From positions 256,001 to 320,000 of the forward strand of contig CAVUZH010000003.1 in NCBI GenBank assembly GCA_963745835.1: a DNA stretch of 64,000 bases, given 5' to 3'. Shown piece after piece: positions 29,804 to 39,226 of the stretch. The stretch is from an uncultured delta proteobacterium. Its GTDB lineage: Bacteria; Desulfobacterota; Binatia; UBA9968. Below the pieces are notes generated by a model. It worked only from the letters and a program-made list of their open reading frames with translations, did not search any database and was not told the DNA's origin. Position numbers and translations under genes: made by a program. Within the stretch, counting starts at the first letter, position 1; every line of letters begins with the position of its first letter.

Positions 29804-30736
29804 TTAGTATCCGGTTTCTGCCAATTGATGATAGAACAGTTTGAGAAACTGCCGCAGCCGTTCGGGACGTTTGTAATGCGCAAACTCCTGGGGAACCTTG
29901 AATTCCTTTTCGATCTGCTCGACGGTTCCGCCTGCCTGCGCCATTTTAGCGACTTCGTCTCTCATGACGACAAAATAGCGTCTCTGCTCTTCAAGATCTT
30001 TAATACCGCGCCCGATATGAACTGGTCCGTGACCTGGAATGTAGGTCTCGACGGCGAGACTGCGCGCCATGATGTTGTCCAGGACTTTAATCCAGCCGCC
30101 CACGTTGGAGAAAAATACTCCGGCAGACTCGCCTTGGCCGGGATGAATCTCGGTATCGAGCAGGTCGCCCATTAGCATCACGCGTTTTTGCGGAATGTAG
30201 ACTGTTAAGTCGCCGGTGCTGTGGGCGCGGGCTTCCGGCGTTATTTGAAACGTGAGGCCGCCGAAGTAAAGCGTCATCGGGCCGTCGATCGCAATCGTCG
30301 GCGTGAGCGGCTCTCCTTTTTGGTAAGCCGCGGAGCGCGGGTCTTTGGAATTTCTGCGCTCGATAAATTCTTCGCGCTCCTGCATTTGCAAATCGTGCGC
30401 TTGGTTTTTCGTCGCGATCCAGACTGGCGCGTCTTCGCGGAAATGCCAGGCGCCTGACGCATGGTCACCGGCGCTGTGCGAAGTGATCAGATATTTAATT
30501 TTTTTGTCGGTGCTCTTGCGGATAAATTCAAGGGTTTGATCGGCGTTTTCGATGTGAAAGTCTAAGACTAAAACGCCCTCATCCGTGATCACCACCGTTG
30601 AATTGCCGGATCCTTGAGAATGCTCCAGCATGTAAATGCCATCGGTGACCTTGACCGGAGTCATTTTTACCGGCGCCGCGGCTCCAGTCGTAAACAGCCA
30701 AGTCACTGCCAGCGTCGCCAAGAGTTTTCCATTCAT
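29804..30736 (-). CDS. Secreted metallo-beta-lactamase-fold hydrolase
   Basis: GAGGAG RBS, signal peptide, SHSAGDH, AHSTGD, GDL and IPGHG. Confidence 0.85.
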   Translation of the reverse strand: MNGKLLATLAVTWLFTTGAAAPVKMTPVKVTDGIYMLEHSQGSGNSTVVITDEGVLVLDFHIENADQTLEFIRKSTDKKIKYLITSHSAGDHASGAWHFREDAPVWIATKNQAHDLQMQEREEFIERRNSKDPRSAAYQKGEPLTPTIAIDGPMTLYFGGLTFQITPEARAHSTGDLTVYIPQKRVMLMGDLLDTEIHPGQGESAGVFFSNVGGWIKVLDNIMARSLAVETYIPGHGPVHIGRGIKDLEEQRRYFVVMRDEVAKMAQAGGTVEQIEKEFKVPQEFAHYKRPERLRQFLKLFYHQLAETGY

Positions 30737-30788
30737 GTTGTATCTCCTCATGAGTTGTCTTGTCCTTGCAAGGTTTTGGCAAGCGAGC

Positions 30789-30861
30789 CGTGGATCGTGA
30801 TCGTGTCCGTGAAGGCGACCAGCGAGCATTTTCGAACACGAACACGTACCACGAACACGAA
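30789..30861. repeat. Palindromic array of 6-bp CGTGNT / CACGAA units
   Basis: CGTGAT-CGTGTC-CGTG ... CACGAA-CACGTAC-CACGAA-CACGAA. Confidence 0.6.
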
Positions 30862-30916
30862 TTGGAGGCGAGACCAAGGGAACGCACCGAACCATCGAAC
30901 GCATTAAACAGCGCGC

Positions 30917-31801
30917 TTATGTGGCAATTTCTAGCGCCCTCGCCATATCGATTGTCCGGCGCGCGCGTTCAACGATGGGCCGATCAATTAGCTGCCCTCC
31001 CATGGCGATGGAACCATCGCCGCGCGCGTTGGCCTCATCGAAGGCTTTGAGTACTTGCCGTGCATAACTTATTTCTTCCGCGGTTGGACTGAATGTCGTG
31101 TTGATAGCATCAACCTGCGATGGGTGTATGCAGGACATGCCGGAAAAGCCCAACTGGCGCGCTTGCTTGGCAAAGTTTAGGAGACCCTGGCTGTCGTTTA
31201 AGTCGACCCAGACGCCGTCGACCGCCTGCACGTGAGCCGCGGCGGCGGCAACGACGATGGCGGATCGGGCGTAGATGAGGTCGCGCGCTTCGCCTTCGCG
31301 CGAGGTCGGTAATCCTATCTCACGGCCAAAATCTTCGGCGCCGAAAATGAGCCCGCTGATGCGCGGCGAGCTTGCGGCGATTGCCGGCGCATTCAATAAA
31401 CCTTTGGGACTCTCGATGGCGATCAGCAATTTGACGGTGCCCGGTTGCATTCCCAACTGTGGCTCGCGTTGAGTCAGGATTGCATCGACTCTGCGGACTT
31501 CTTCAGGCGTATCCACTTTTGGGCAGACCAGTCCTTCAAGTCCCGGACGCACGACGGCTTCCAGATCGGCGTCCATGCGAGCGTGTCCAATGGCATTGAT
31601 CCGCACATAGCGCGACGGTGTGCCTGGCGCTTTTTCACGGCCCAGAGATTCGGCGATATTTTTGCGCGCGCTATCTTTTTCGTTGGGCGCCACACCGTCT
31701 TCGATGTCGAGCATAATGGCATCGGCATTCAGGCCGAGCGCTTTGTCGATCATTCTTTGCCGGTGCCCTGGCACGAACATCCATGAGCGTATGAGATCCA
31801 T
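30917..31801 (-). CDS. CitE-like CoA-ester lyase (HpcH/HpaI aldolase/citrate lyase family)
   Basis: RSWMFVPG, DIEDGV, VRIN, FGAED and IHPSQ. Confidence 0.92.
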   Translation of the reverse strand: MDLIRSWMFVPGHRQRMIDKALGLNADAIMLDIEDGVAPNEKDSARKNIAESLGREKAPGTPSRYVRINAIGHARMDADLEAVVRPGLEGLVCPKVDTPEEVRRVDAILTQREPQLGMQPGTVKLLIAIESPKGLLNAPAIAASSPRISGLIFGAEDFGREIGLPTSREGEARDLIYARSAIVVAAAAAHVQAVDGVWVDLNDSQGLLNFAKQARQLGFSGMSCIHPSQVDAINTTFSPTAEEISYARQVLKAFDEANARGDGSIAMGGQLIDRPIVERARRTIDMARALEIAT

Positions 31802-31949
31802 TGGCCTTTCTCCTATCGAAGTTCAAATACCTGAAGGGCTTAGAAATGTCTATCGCCTCCGTATGCGCGCCGTGGTTTGCAACCACGATACTTTTAGAGA
31901 ATAAAAGAAAGATGAATTCTCAATCCTCACAATTACAAATCCATCGACG

Positions 31950-33140
31950 ATGAAGGCGAGCACGGTTAAGCTTTTGGTGCCGCTGGTCGCGATCACAATT
32001 CAAAGCAATTCCGCATCGACTATCATTCCGCCGTATCTTGATGATCTACGCATTCCTGTCGGCTTGATCGGCACCTTGATTTCACTTGGGCCGGTTCTCG
32101 CCCTGACATCGCGTCTCCCGGTGGGCATGGCGTACAACCATCATCGCGCCCGATTGCTGATCACGCTGGCGGTTCTCGCCATGGGCATGACGAATTTCGC
32201 CTACAGCCTTGCCACCGATACGATTACGTTCGCACTGGTTCATTGTCTCAACGGCTTTGCCTACGGCGCGGTGACGACCCTCTATATGGCATTTTATGTC
32301 GATTCCTTGGCTGCTGATGAGAACCGTAGTCACGCCATGGGATACTACGTGGGCAGTTTAGCCGTGGGTTATTCGACGGGAAATTTTTTCGGCGGGCTAT
32401 TTGCCGATCATTTCGGCTACGCGATTACGTTTCAGGGCGCCGCGTTCTTGTCGTTGGTGCCATGCGCGCTGTTGTGGCTGTTGCGAGCGCCCGCCGGCCA
32501 CGGGTCAGGCAAAGCTAAAGAGAAGCCCAAAGTAAAGTTGATGTCGAAAGAGTTCTGGCGAGCGCTGCTCGAACCGGGACTCGCCACCGTGGTAGTGACG
32601 GCATTGTTTCTCAATTTGCTGCATCAGATGGGCGGCGTATTTATTTCCCTTTACGGATTGGCCGTCGGCATGACTCTGACGCAGATCGGCATCATCCGCG
32701 CGGCTTATGCCGGAATCAATGCAATCACCCGCCCCATTAGCGGTCATGTGGTTGATAAAGTAGGCCATCGCCGTTTATCGTACGCCGGCATTCCGCTCCA
32801 ATCCGCGCTGCTGATGTTGATCCCCCTATTCAGCGGTTTCGGCCCAATCTTAATTGTCTACATTATGTCGGGCCTGATGCGCGCCATTGTCATCGTCGCC
32901 AATGCGGTTGGCTTGGTGCAAGACGTCGATGAGACCAAGGTGCAGCGCGGCATCGCTTCAGCGGTTTATAACTCGGCTGGGGACCTGGGCAATATCATCG
33001 GTCCCTCGGTCGGCGGAATCATCGCCCATGCTACCAGCATCGCTGCGGTGTTTGTTTATGGATCGCTGGGATCGACGATTCTATTTCTGCTGGTAATTTT
33101 CGCGGTGCGGCGAAATGGAAGGATGAATTATGAAAGCTAA
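31950..33140 (+). CDS. MFS transporter
   Basis: About 12 TM segments; G..VDKVGHR and DLGNIIGP.VGG. Confidence 0.85.
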   Translation: MKASTVKLLVPLVAITIQSNSASTIIPPYLDDLRIPVGLIGTLISLGPVLALTSRLPVGMAYNHHRARLLITLAVLAMGMTNFAYSLATDTITFALVHCLNGFAYGAVTTLYMAFYVDSLAADENRSHAMGYYVGSLAVGYSTGNFFGGLFADHFGYAITFQGAAFLSLVPCALLWLLRAPAGHGSGKAKEKPKVKLMSKEFWRALLEPGLATVVVTALFLNLLHQMGGVFISLYGLAVGMTLTQIGIIRAAYAGINAITRPISGHVVDKVGHRRLSYAGIPLQSALLMLIPLFSGFGPILIVYIMSGLMRAIVIVANAVGLVQDVDETKVQRGIASAVYNSAGDLGNIIGPSVGGIIAHATSIAAVFVYGSLGSTILFLLVIFAVRRNGRMNYES

Positions 33141-33191
33141 AAATGATCCCGGCTCGGTCCTGATTTCCATTTTCTGCTTTCATCTTTTTCT

Positions 33192-34352
33192 TCAATAGGA
33201 CTTCGGCATGCCCAAGACATGCTGTCCAAGATACGCGAGCACCAAGTTGTTGCTCACCGGCGCGACTGTCAATAGCCGCGTCTCTCTAAATTTTCTTTCG
33301 ACATCGTACTCGGCGGCAAAACCGTAGCCGCCGTGAGTCGTCAGGCAAGCGTTGGCCGCCGCCCAGGCAGCTTCAGAGGCAAGAAGCTTGGCCATGTTGG
33401 CTTCTGCGCCGCATTTCTCCTTGCGATCGAATTTCGTTGCAGCCTGATAGCGGACGAGATCCGCCGCTTCGATTTGCGCATGGGCCTGGGCGATGGGGAA
33501 CTGGATACCCTGATTCGAACCGATGGCGCGGCCGAAGACAACCCGTTCAGACGCGTACTTGGCTGCGCGTTCGATGAACCAGTGGCCATCGCCGATAGCT
33601 TCGGCCGCCACTAAGATCCTTTCGGCATTCCAGCCGTCGATGATGTAGCGAAAACCCATCCCTTCCTGGCCAACAAGATTCTCCACCGGCACTTCAACAT
33701 TATCAAAGAACAGTTGATTTGTATGATGATTAATCATCAAGTTCAGAGGCTTAACTTCAAGTTTGTCTTTATTTTCTCGAAGGTCGACGATGAACACCGA
33801 GAGACCACGGGTTTTGTCTTCCAGCTCGTCGTAGGGTGTGGTGCGCGCGAGCAGAAGCATCAGATCGGATTGGAGCACCCGGGAGATGAAGATCTTTTGG
33901 CCATTGATGAGATACTTGTCGCCTTTACGAACAGCGGTGGTCTGAAGCTTGGTCGTCTCGGATCCGGCGTCGGGTTCCGTCACGCCGAAGGCCTGCAGGC
34001 GTAACTCGCCAGTGGCGATCTTCGGCAGATAACGTTTCTTCTGCTCGTTATTGCCATGGCGGAGAAGGGTGCCCATCGTGTACATCTGCGCATGACATGC
34101 AGTGGCCACGCCGCCGGAGTGATTGATTTCTTCCAGGATGATGCTCGCTTCGGTGATGCCCAATCCGGTTCCGCCAAATTCTTCCGGAATCAACGCGGCG
34201 AGCCAGCCCAGCTCGGAGAGTTTGCGCACGAATGCTTCGGGATATTCTTTTTTGCTGTCAACCTCGCGCCAGTAAGAATCGGGAAAATCTTTGCACACTC
34301 TTTTGATTTCTTCTCGAATCTGTTGCTGCTCTGGCGTTAGGTTGAAATCCAT
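33192..34352 (-). CDS. Acyl-CoA dehydrogenase
   Basis: PEEFGG.G, FGVTEPDAGS, INGQKIFIS and HGGYGF..EY.VER. Confidence 0.93.
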   Translation of the reverse strand: MDFNLTPEQQQIREEIKRVCKDFPDSYWREVDSKKEYPEAFVRKLSELGWLAALIPEEFGGTGLGITEASIILEEINHSGGVATACHAQMYTMGTLLRHGNNEQKKRYLPKIATGELRLQAFGVTEPDAGSETTKLQTTAVRKGDKYLINGQKIFISRVLQSDLMLLLARTTPYDELEDKTRGLSVFIVDLRENKDKLEVKPLNLMINHHTNQLFFDNVEVPVENLVGQEGMGFRYIIDGWNAERILVAAEAIGDGHWFIERAAKYASERVVFGRAIGSNQGIQFPIAQAHAQIEAADLVRYQAATKFDRKEKCGAEANMAKLLASEAAWAAANACLTTHGGYGFAAEYDVERKFRETRLLTVAPVSNNLVLAYLGQHVLGMPKSY

Positions 34353-34377
34353 CACTGCCTCCTATAATTAGGGCCGT

Positions 34378-34531
34378 AGCAGGCTGCTGAAAAAGTCTCA
34401 TATGCTTCGTTGCGCTCGATCGCCTCGCTTCAGCGTACTGCTAAAGTACGCCTCAGCTCGTTGACTCTTCGCGCGCCTCGCCTCTGAGATCTTTTTGAGC
34501 AGCCTGAAAGAGAATTACTTCAGCACTCGCT
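34378..34531 (+). mobile_element. MITE-like element, copy 3
   Basis: AGCAGGCTGCTGAAAAAG...CTTTTTGAGCAGCCTG plus an outer TTCAGCACTCGCT(AG) end. Confidence 0.85.
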
Positions 34532-34576
34532 AGACTATAGCGAAATGGTTTTCGTTGCCAATCAAGGAGGAAGGTC

Positions 34577-35089
34577 ATGGCAATCAAGCCGGGATGGGAA
34601 GGTCGGTACTTTGAAGATTTTGAGATCGGCGATATTTATCGTTGCCGGTTAGGACGAACGGTCACCGAGGCCGACAACATCTGGTTTACTCTGCTCACCA
34701 ATAACACCAATCAGATTCACTTCAACAATGAATACGGCAAGCGGACGGAATTCGGAAAATGCCTGATTAACAGCGCTTTGACCCTGGCGATCGTTGCCGG
34801 GATGGGTGTGGCTGACGTGAGCGAAAATGGTTTCGCCCTGGGTTGGGACGAGATCAAACTGCCCAACCCGCTGTTTGCAGGGGATACGCTCTATTCAGAA
34901 TCCGAAGTGCTGGAGAAGCGCGAGTCGAAATCAAAGCCGCAGTGGGGCATCCTCAAAGTGCGCACCCGCGGTGTCCAACAAGAAGGTAAAGTCGTCATCG
35001 ACTACGCGCGCAGCGTGATGGTTTGGAAAAAGGCGCATGCGCCGAAAAAAGATCTCTTTCCCACCATTAAGGAAGGTAATAAATCGTAG
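34577..35089 (+). CDS. MaoC family dehydratase (RipB-like)
   Basis: GRYFEDFEIGD, GRTVTEADN.WF, IHF and P.F.GDTLY.ESEV. Confidence 0.9.
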   Translation: MAIKPGWEGRYFEDFEIGDIYRCRLGRTVTEADNIWFTLLTNNTNQIHFNNEYGKRTEFGKCLINSALTLAIVAGMGVADVSENGFALGWDEIKLPNPLFAGDTLYSESEVLEKRESKSKPQWGILKVRTRGVQQEGKVVIDYARSVMVWKKAHAPKKDLFPTIKEGNKS

Positions 35090-35128
35090 AGCTTAAGGGT
35101 TGAGCCTCGATCTCTAAGAAACTATCTT

Positions 35129-35253
35129 GTTCCAGCTGTTCCAATCGTTTCAAATGGTTCCAATAGTTCAAGATCCAACCTAAACTTAACTGGGGTGCCT
35201 CAGGTTCGAATTTGAACGACTGGAACGATGGGAACTACTGGAACAGTTGGAAC
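35129..35253. repeat. Palindromic array of 9-bp GTTCCANNN units
   Basis: Five forward units, a spacer of about 40 nt, then five inverted (T/G)(G/T)GAAC units. Confidence 0.85.
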
Positions 35254-35277
35254 CTGTTCACATAGAAAGAGGTAAGT

Positions 35278-36478
35278 GTGGCCAGCAGCGTAAAACCAAA
35301 CCGTGCTCTAGACGGAGTGAAAATTCTTGCGTTCGAGCAGGTCCTCTCCGGGCCATTTGCGACCTGTCTGCTTGCCGACATGGGCGCGGAGGTAATCAAA
35401 GTCGAACGGCCCGGGGTGGGCGATGTCATTCGTTCCTGGGATTCGGTCGTCAAGGGACTATCGTCGGGATACGTTTGGCTTAACCGCAACAAGCGCAGCT
35501 TGACCGTCGATGTCAAAAAAGAAAAAGGCAGAGAGATCCTGAGAAAATTGGCCAGCAAGTCCGACATTTTTTTTGAGAATTATGCTCCTGGCGTGGCCGC
35601 GCGCCTAGGTCTCGGCTACCAAGAACTAAGCGAGATCAATCCGCGATTGATTTATTGCTCTCTTTCAGGCTACGGCCAGGACGGACCGTATCGCGATGTG
35701 AAAGCATACGATCTGCTGATTCAGGGCGAAGGCGGAATTATTGCGACCACCGGCTATCCTGAAAAACCCGCCAAGGCAGGCATTGCTATTGCCGACATCG
35801 CCTCCGGGATGTACGCCGTTATCGGCATTGTGCTGGCGCTCTATGAGCGCGAGAAAACCGGCGCCGGTCAGCTTATCGATGTGTCGATGCTGGACTCTAT
35901 CGTTTCGTGGCTTGGTTATTTTCCACACCATTACTGGCATGCGGGAGAGGAGCCGGGTCGCGCCGGCATGCGCCACCATTATGTGACCCCGTACGGGCCC
36001 TACCTTGCGGCCGATGGCGAGTATGTGAATCTCGCGGTCGCCAGTCCAGCGGATTGGGCACAGTTTTGCCAAGTGGTGATCGAAAGGCCGGACCTGCTAA
36101 AAGATTCGCGCTTTAGAACCGTCCAGGATCGACGAAAGAACCGCAGCCGCGTTGGAAGAAGTCATTGAAGCGATTTTTCTCGAGCGCGATCACAAGCATT
36201 GGCTGGCCCAGCTAAAGCAAGCCGAAATGCCGCACGGCATCGTCCGCGGCATTGCTCAGGTGCTGGCGCACCCGCAAGTGGCGGCGCGAAAACTGATCCG
36301 TGAAGCGGATTCGCCCGTCGGTAAAGTACCGGTGATCGCCAACGCGCTCAAGATGTCCGATAGCCCTGCGCGCTACGACCGCATTCCCGATTTGGGCGAA
36401 GACAATGACGCAATCCTCCAAGAGCTTGGATACGATGCGGCGGCGATTGCGGAGCTGCGCCGTGACAAGGTGATTTGA
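35278..36478 (+). CDS. CaiB/BaiF family III CoA-transferase (frameshift near 36145)
   Basis: GPF...LADMGAEVIKVERP, NRNKRS and ADIASG. Removing one base gives NRAALEEVIE...P.LGE.N..IL.ELG. Confidence 0.9.
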
Positions 36479-36525
36479 ATGTATGCGTGAGGGCGAACCA
36501 GTCGCAGCGAAACAACTAACCCTTG

Positions 36526-36662
36526 CACTACGAAAACACGAAGATCACCAAGTGACATAGCGCCGGATGAAAGGAGCTTATGTGTTTTGTGTTCGTTCGG
36601 ATTCGTCTCTGTCAAAATGATCGATTAACTTTACCTTCGTGGTCTTCGTGTGCTTCGTGGTG
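36526..36662. repeat. Palindromic array of CACGAAG-type 9-bp units (both arms)
   Basis: CACTACGAAAA-CACGAAGAT-CACCAAG ... CTTCGTGGT-CTTCGTGTG-CTTCGTGGTG. Confidence 0.8.
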
Positions 36663-36681
36663 AGAATTTTCAAGGTGATTC

Positions 36682-37251
36682 ATGATGAAACGGGTCATCG
36701 GCGTGATGGGCGCTTCAGAAAGCGACGCGCTCACGGATGCCGAAAAAGCCCGGCTGAAGCAACTCGCAGAAAAACTCGGTAGCGCCATCGCCAAGCACGA
36801 TTGTATTTTGATCTCCGGAGCTACCACGGGTCTGCCGGATTTGATCTCGAGATCCGCGCGTGAACACGGTGGGTTTGCTGTCGGTATTTCTCCCGCCGAA
36901 AATCGCCGGGAGCACATCGAGCGCTATAAGATGCCGCCCGATGCGGCGGATGTGATCATTTATACCGGCTTTGGCCTCAAAGGACGCAACGTCATTAACG
37001 TGCGCTCGGCGGATATCGTCATCATTTTCGGCGGGGCAACCGGTACTCTGAATGAATTCACCATTGCCTATGACGAGGGAAAAGTGATCGGTATCCTCCA
37101 AGGCAGCGGCGGAGTCGCCGAGCACATTGGGGAGATCATTAGGATCTGCAAAAAGCCGACGAGGGGCCTGGTCGTTTACCATACCGACCCTGAGACGCTC
37201 ATCGAGAACTGCTTAAAGTCACTGCAATCTCATGACGGAAGAACAAGCTGA
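36682..37251 (+). CDS. LOG/SLOG family protein (TIGR00725-like)
   Basis: IGVMGAS, SGATTG, RNVINV.SAD and GG..GTL.E..AY. Confidence 0.85.
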   Translation: MMKRVIGVMGASESDALTDAEKARLKQLAEKLGSAIAKHDCILISGATTGLPDLISRSAREHGGFAVGISPAENRREHIERYKMPPDAADVIIYTGFGLKGRNVINVRSADIVIIFGGATGTLNEFTIAYDEGKVIGILQGSGGVAEHIGEIIRICKKPTRGLVVYHTDPETLIENCLKSLQSHDGRTS

Positions 37252-37480
37252 CAGTCTCATGAAGGAAGTCTTCGGCTTTGGGCTCATAAGCGCTGTAAAC
37301 GGCCCACCGTCTCATTCAACAGTCGCGGTCACCTTCGCCGATCTACCTAAACACGCTTGCATTTTCAGGCAATGCAGATACGACGTCTTAACCTTCCGCA
37401 GCCTCAATCTTCGCGCACAACGTTGACAACTCGGGATGTGGCATGAATACTCGCCGTGAACTATCGCATGGAGGGTCAGC

Positions 37481-38104
37481 ATGGAAGAACGAACGAAAAT
37501 TGAGTTGGATTCGGACTCGACGGCATTAGTGATCGTCGATATGCAAGTCGAAGGCTGCGAACGGCATGGCCCGGGCGTCAAGCCGGTGATCGGCAATATC
37601 CGCCGCTTGCTCGATCGCTTTCGCTCGCTCAACGGGAAAATTATCCATGTGCAATCAGTCAGAACTAAGGACCATCCCGAGTTCACCGTTTTCGGGCGGC
37701 CTTATGGATTGTTGATCGGCAGCCCGGGGGCTGATTTCGTCGAAGAGCTGAAACCGCTACCGGGAGAAAATGTCATTCAAAAAACTTCACACGATTGTTT
37801 TTATAAAACGACGATGGAAAAGGTCCTCCAGAAACTCGATCTGCAATCTTGCCGCGATAAAATCGTCGTTACCGGCATTGGCTCGAGCAACTGTGTTTAC
37901 CATGCGGTTATCGGGTTTCACATTAGAAACTACTACACGGTCGTGCTGGAAGATTGTATCCACGGTGTCCATCCGCAGTCTCAGCCGTTTGCGCTGCACC
38001 AGTTCCGATCCAATGCCTACAATTTCAATGTAACCGTGTCGCGATCCGAGGATCTCACATTTACCTCCAACACAGTCGCTCGGCAGCGGGCTTCCGGTAC
38101 ATGA
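37481..38104 (+). CDS. Isochorismatase family cysteine hydrolase
   Basis: ALVIVDMQ, K...D.F and G...NCV (Asp-Lys-Cys triad). Confidence 0.88.
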   Translation: MEERTKIELDSDSTALVIVDMQVEGCERHGPGVKPVIGNIRRLLDRFRSLNGKIIHVQSVRTKDHPEFTVFGRPYGLLIGSPGADFVEELKPLPGENVIQKTSHDCFYKTTMEKVLQKLDLQSCRDKIVVTGIGSSNCVYHAVIGFHIRNYYTVVLEDCIHGVHPQSQPFALHQFRSNAYNFNVTVSRSEDLTFTSNTVARQRASGT

Positions 38105-39108
38105 GCTTTGCGGGTTTCATCAGGCAATTAAGGTCAAACATCGCACTGGTTTTTGTTTGCCTTGGCTGCGCCGCTGTTCCTTCACTTGCTCAAACACTTA
38201 AAGTTCCTTTCGCCGCGCTCTCTCCAAATTACGCGCCGCTCTGGATTGCAGATCAAGCAGGCTTCTTCAAGAAACATGGCCTCGATGTTCAACTCATCTA
38301 CATCTCGGCAGGCTCAGTGATTGTTCCGGCAATTCTTTCCGGTCAAGTCGAGATCGCCAACATGAGCTCGGCGCCTGCTCTTACAGCCTGGGCGCGAAGT
38401 GCGGAGCTCACTGCGGTCGGAGTGGCATCCAATCGTTTGCTGCACGTCGTGATGACTCGCGGGTCGATTAAAAAGCCGGAGGAGTTGAAAGGGAAGAAAA
38501 TCGGCAGTGATCGATACGGCTCATTCTCCGATTTGGTCTTACGAGAGGCTTTGAGGCACTACAACCTTGCGCCCGATCGTGACGTAGCCGTAATTCAAAC
38601 CGGTGGCTTACCCGAACGGCTTGGGGCGCTCAAGATCGGCGCTGTCGACGGCGCCATCGTCACGGGCGACACAGCGTTCGAAGCGGAGAAGCTGGGCTTT
38701 CACAAATTAATCGATCTCAGTCAACTACCGATCCAATATCCCGGCAGTACGATAATCGTGAGTAAATCGTTCTTATCCGCCAAGAGAGACGTCGTGAAAA
38801 GATTTCTGCGGGGCTGGGTTGAAGGGATCAAAACGGCAAAGACCGATAAGGAATTGACGGTCAGAGTTATGCAAAAATTTCTCAAGACATCAGATAGAGC
38901 GATCCTCGACAAAACCTTCGAAGTCTACAAACCGACTCACGAGCGAGTTCCGGCGCCCGATCCCAAGGTAATGGGCGTCGCCGTCAAGCAACTGGCCGTA
39001 ACCGTGCCGCAAGCCGCTCATTTAAAGGCTGACGACTTCATCGACCGAAGTCTGATCCTAGAATTGGAACAGGAAGGGTTTATTTCCAGAGTTTACGAGG
39101 GTCGTTGA
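38101..39108 (+). CDS. ABC-type substrate-binding protein, NMT1/SsuA-like
   Basis: ATGA overlap with the upstream gene, signal peptide, GFFKKHGLDV and ELKGKKIG. Confidence 0.88.
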   Translation: MSFAGFIRQLRSNIALVFVCLGCAAVPSLAQTLKVPFAALSPNYAPLWIADQAGFFKKHGLDVQLIYISAGSVIVPAILSGQVEIANMSSAPALTAWARSAELTAVGVASNRLLHVVMTRGSIKKPEELKGKKIGSDRYGSFSDLVLREALRHYNLAPDRDVAVIQTGGLPERLGALKIGAVDGAIVTGDTAFEAEKLGFHKLIDLSQLPIQYPGSTIIVSKSFLSAKRDVVKRFLRGWVEGIKTAKTDKELTVRVMQKFLKTSDRAILDKTFEVYKPTHERVPAPDPKVMGVAVKQLAVTVPQAAHLKADDFIDRSLILELEQEGFISRVYEGR

Positions 39109-39226
39109 CGATTACACCGAGCATCTGTCCTGAGGATTCTCGATAAGAGATCTCGGCGAGCCTAAATTTGGCGCTATCGTATCTGTCCAACAATTTACCT
39201 TCACGGAGATTTCAAAATCTGTCGAA

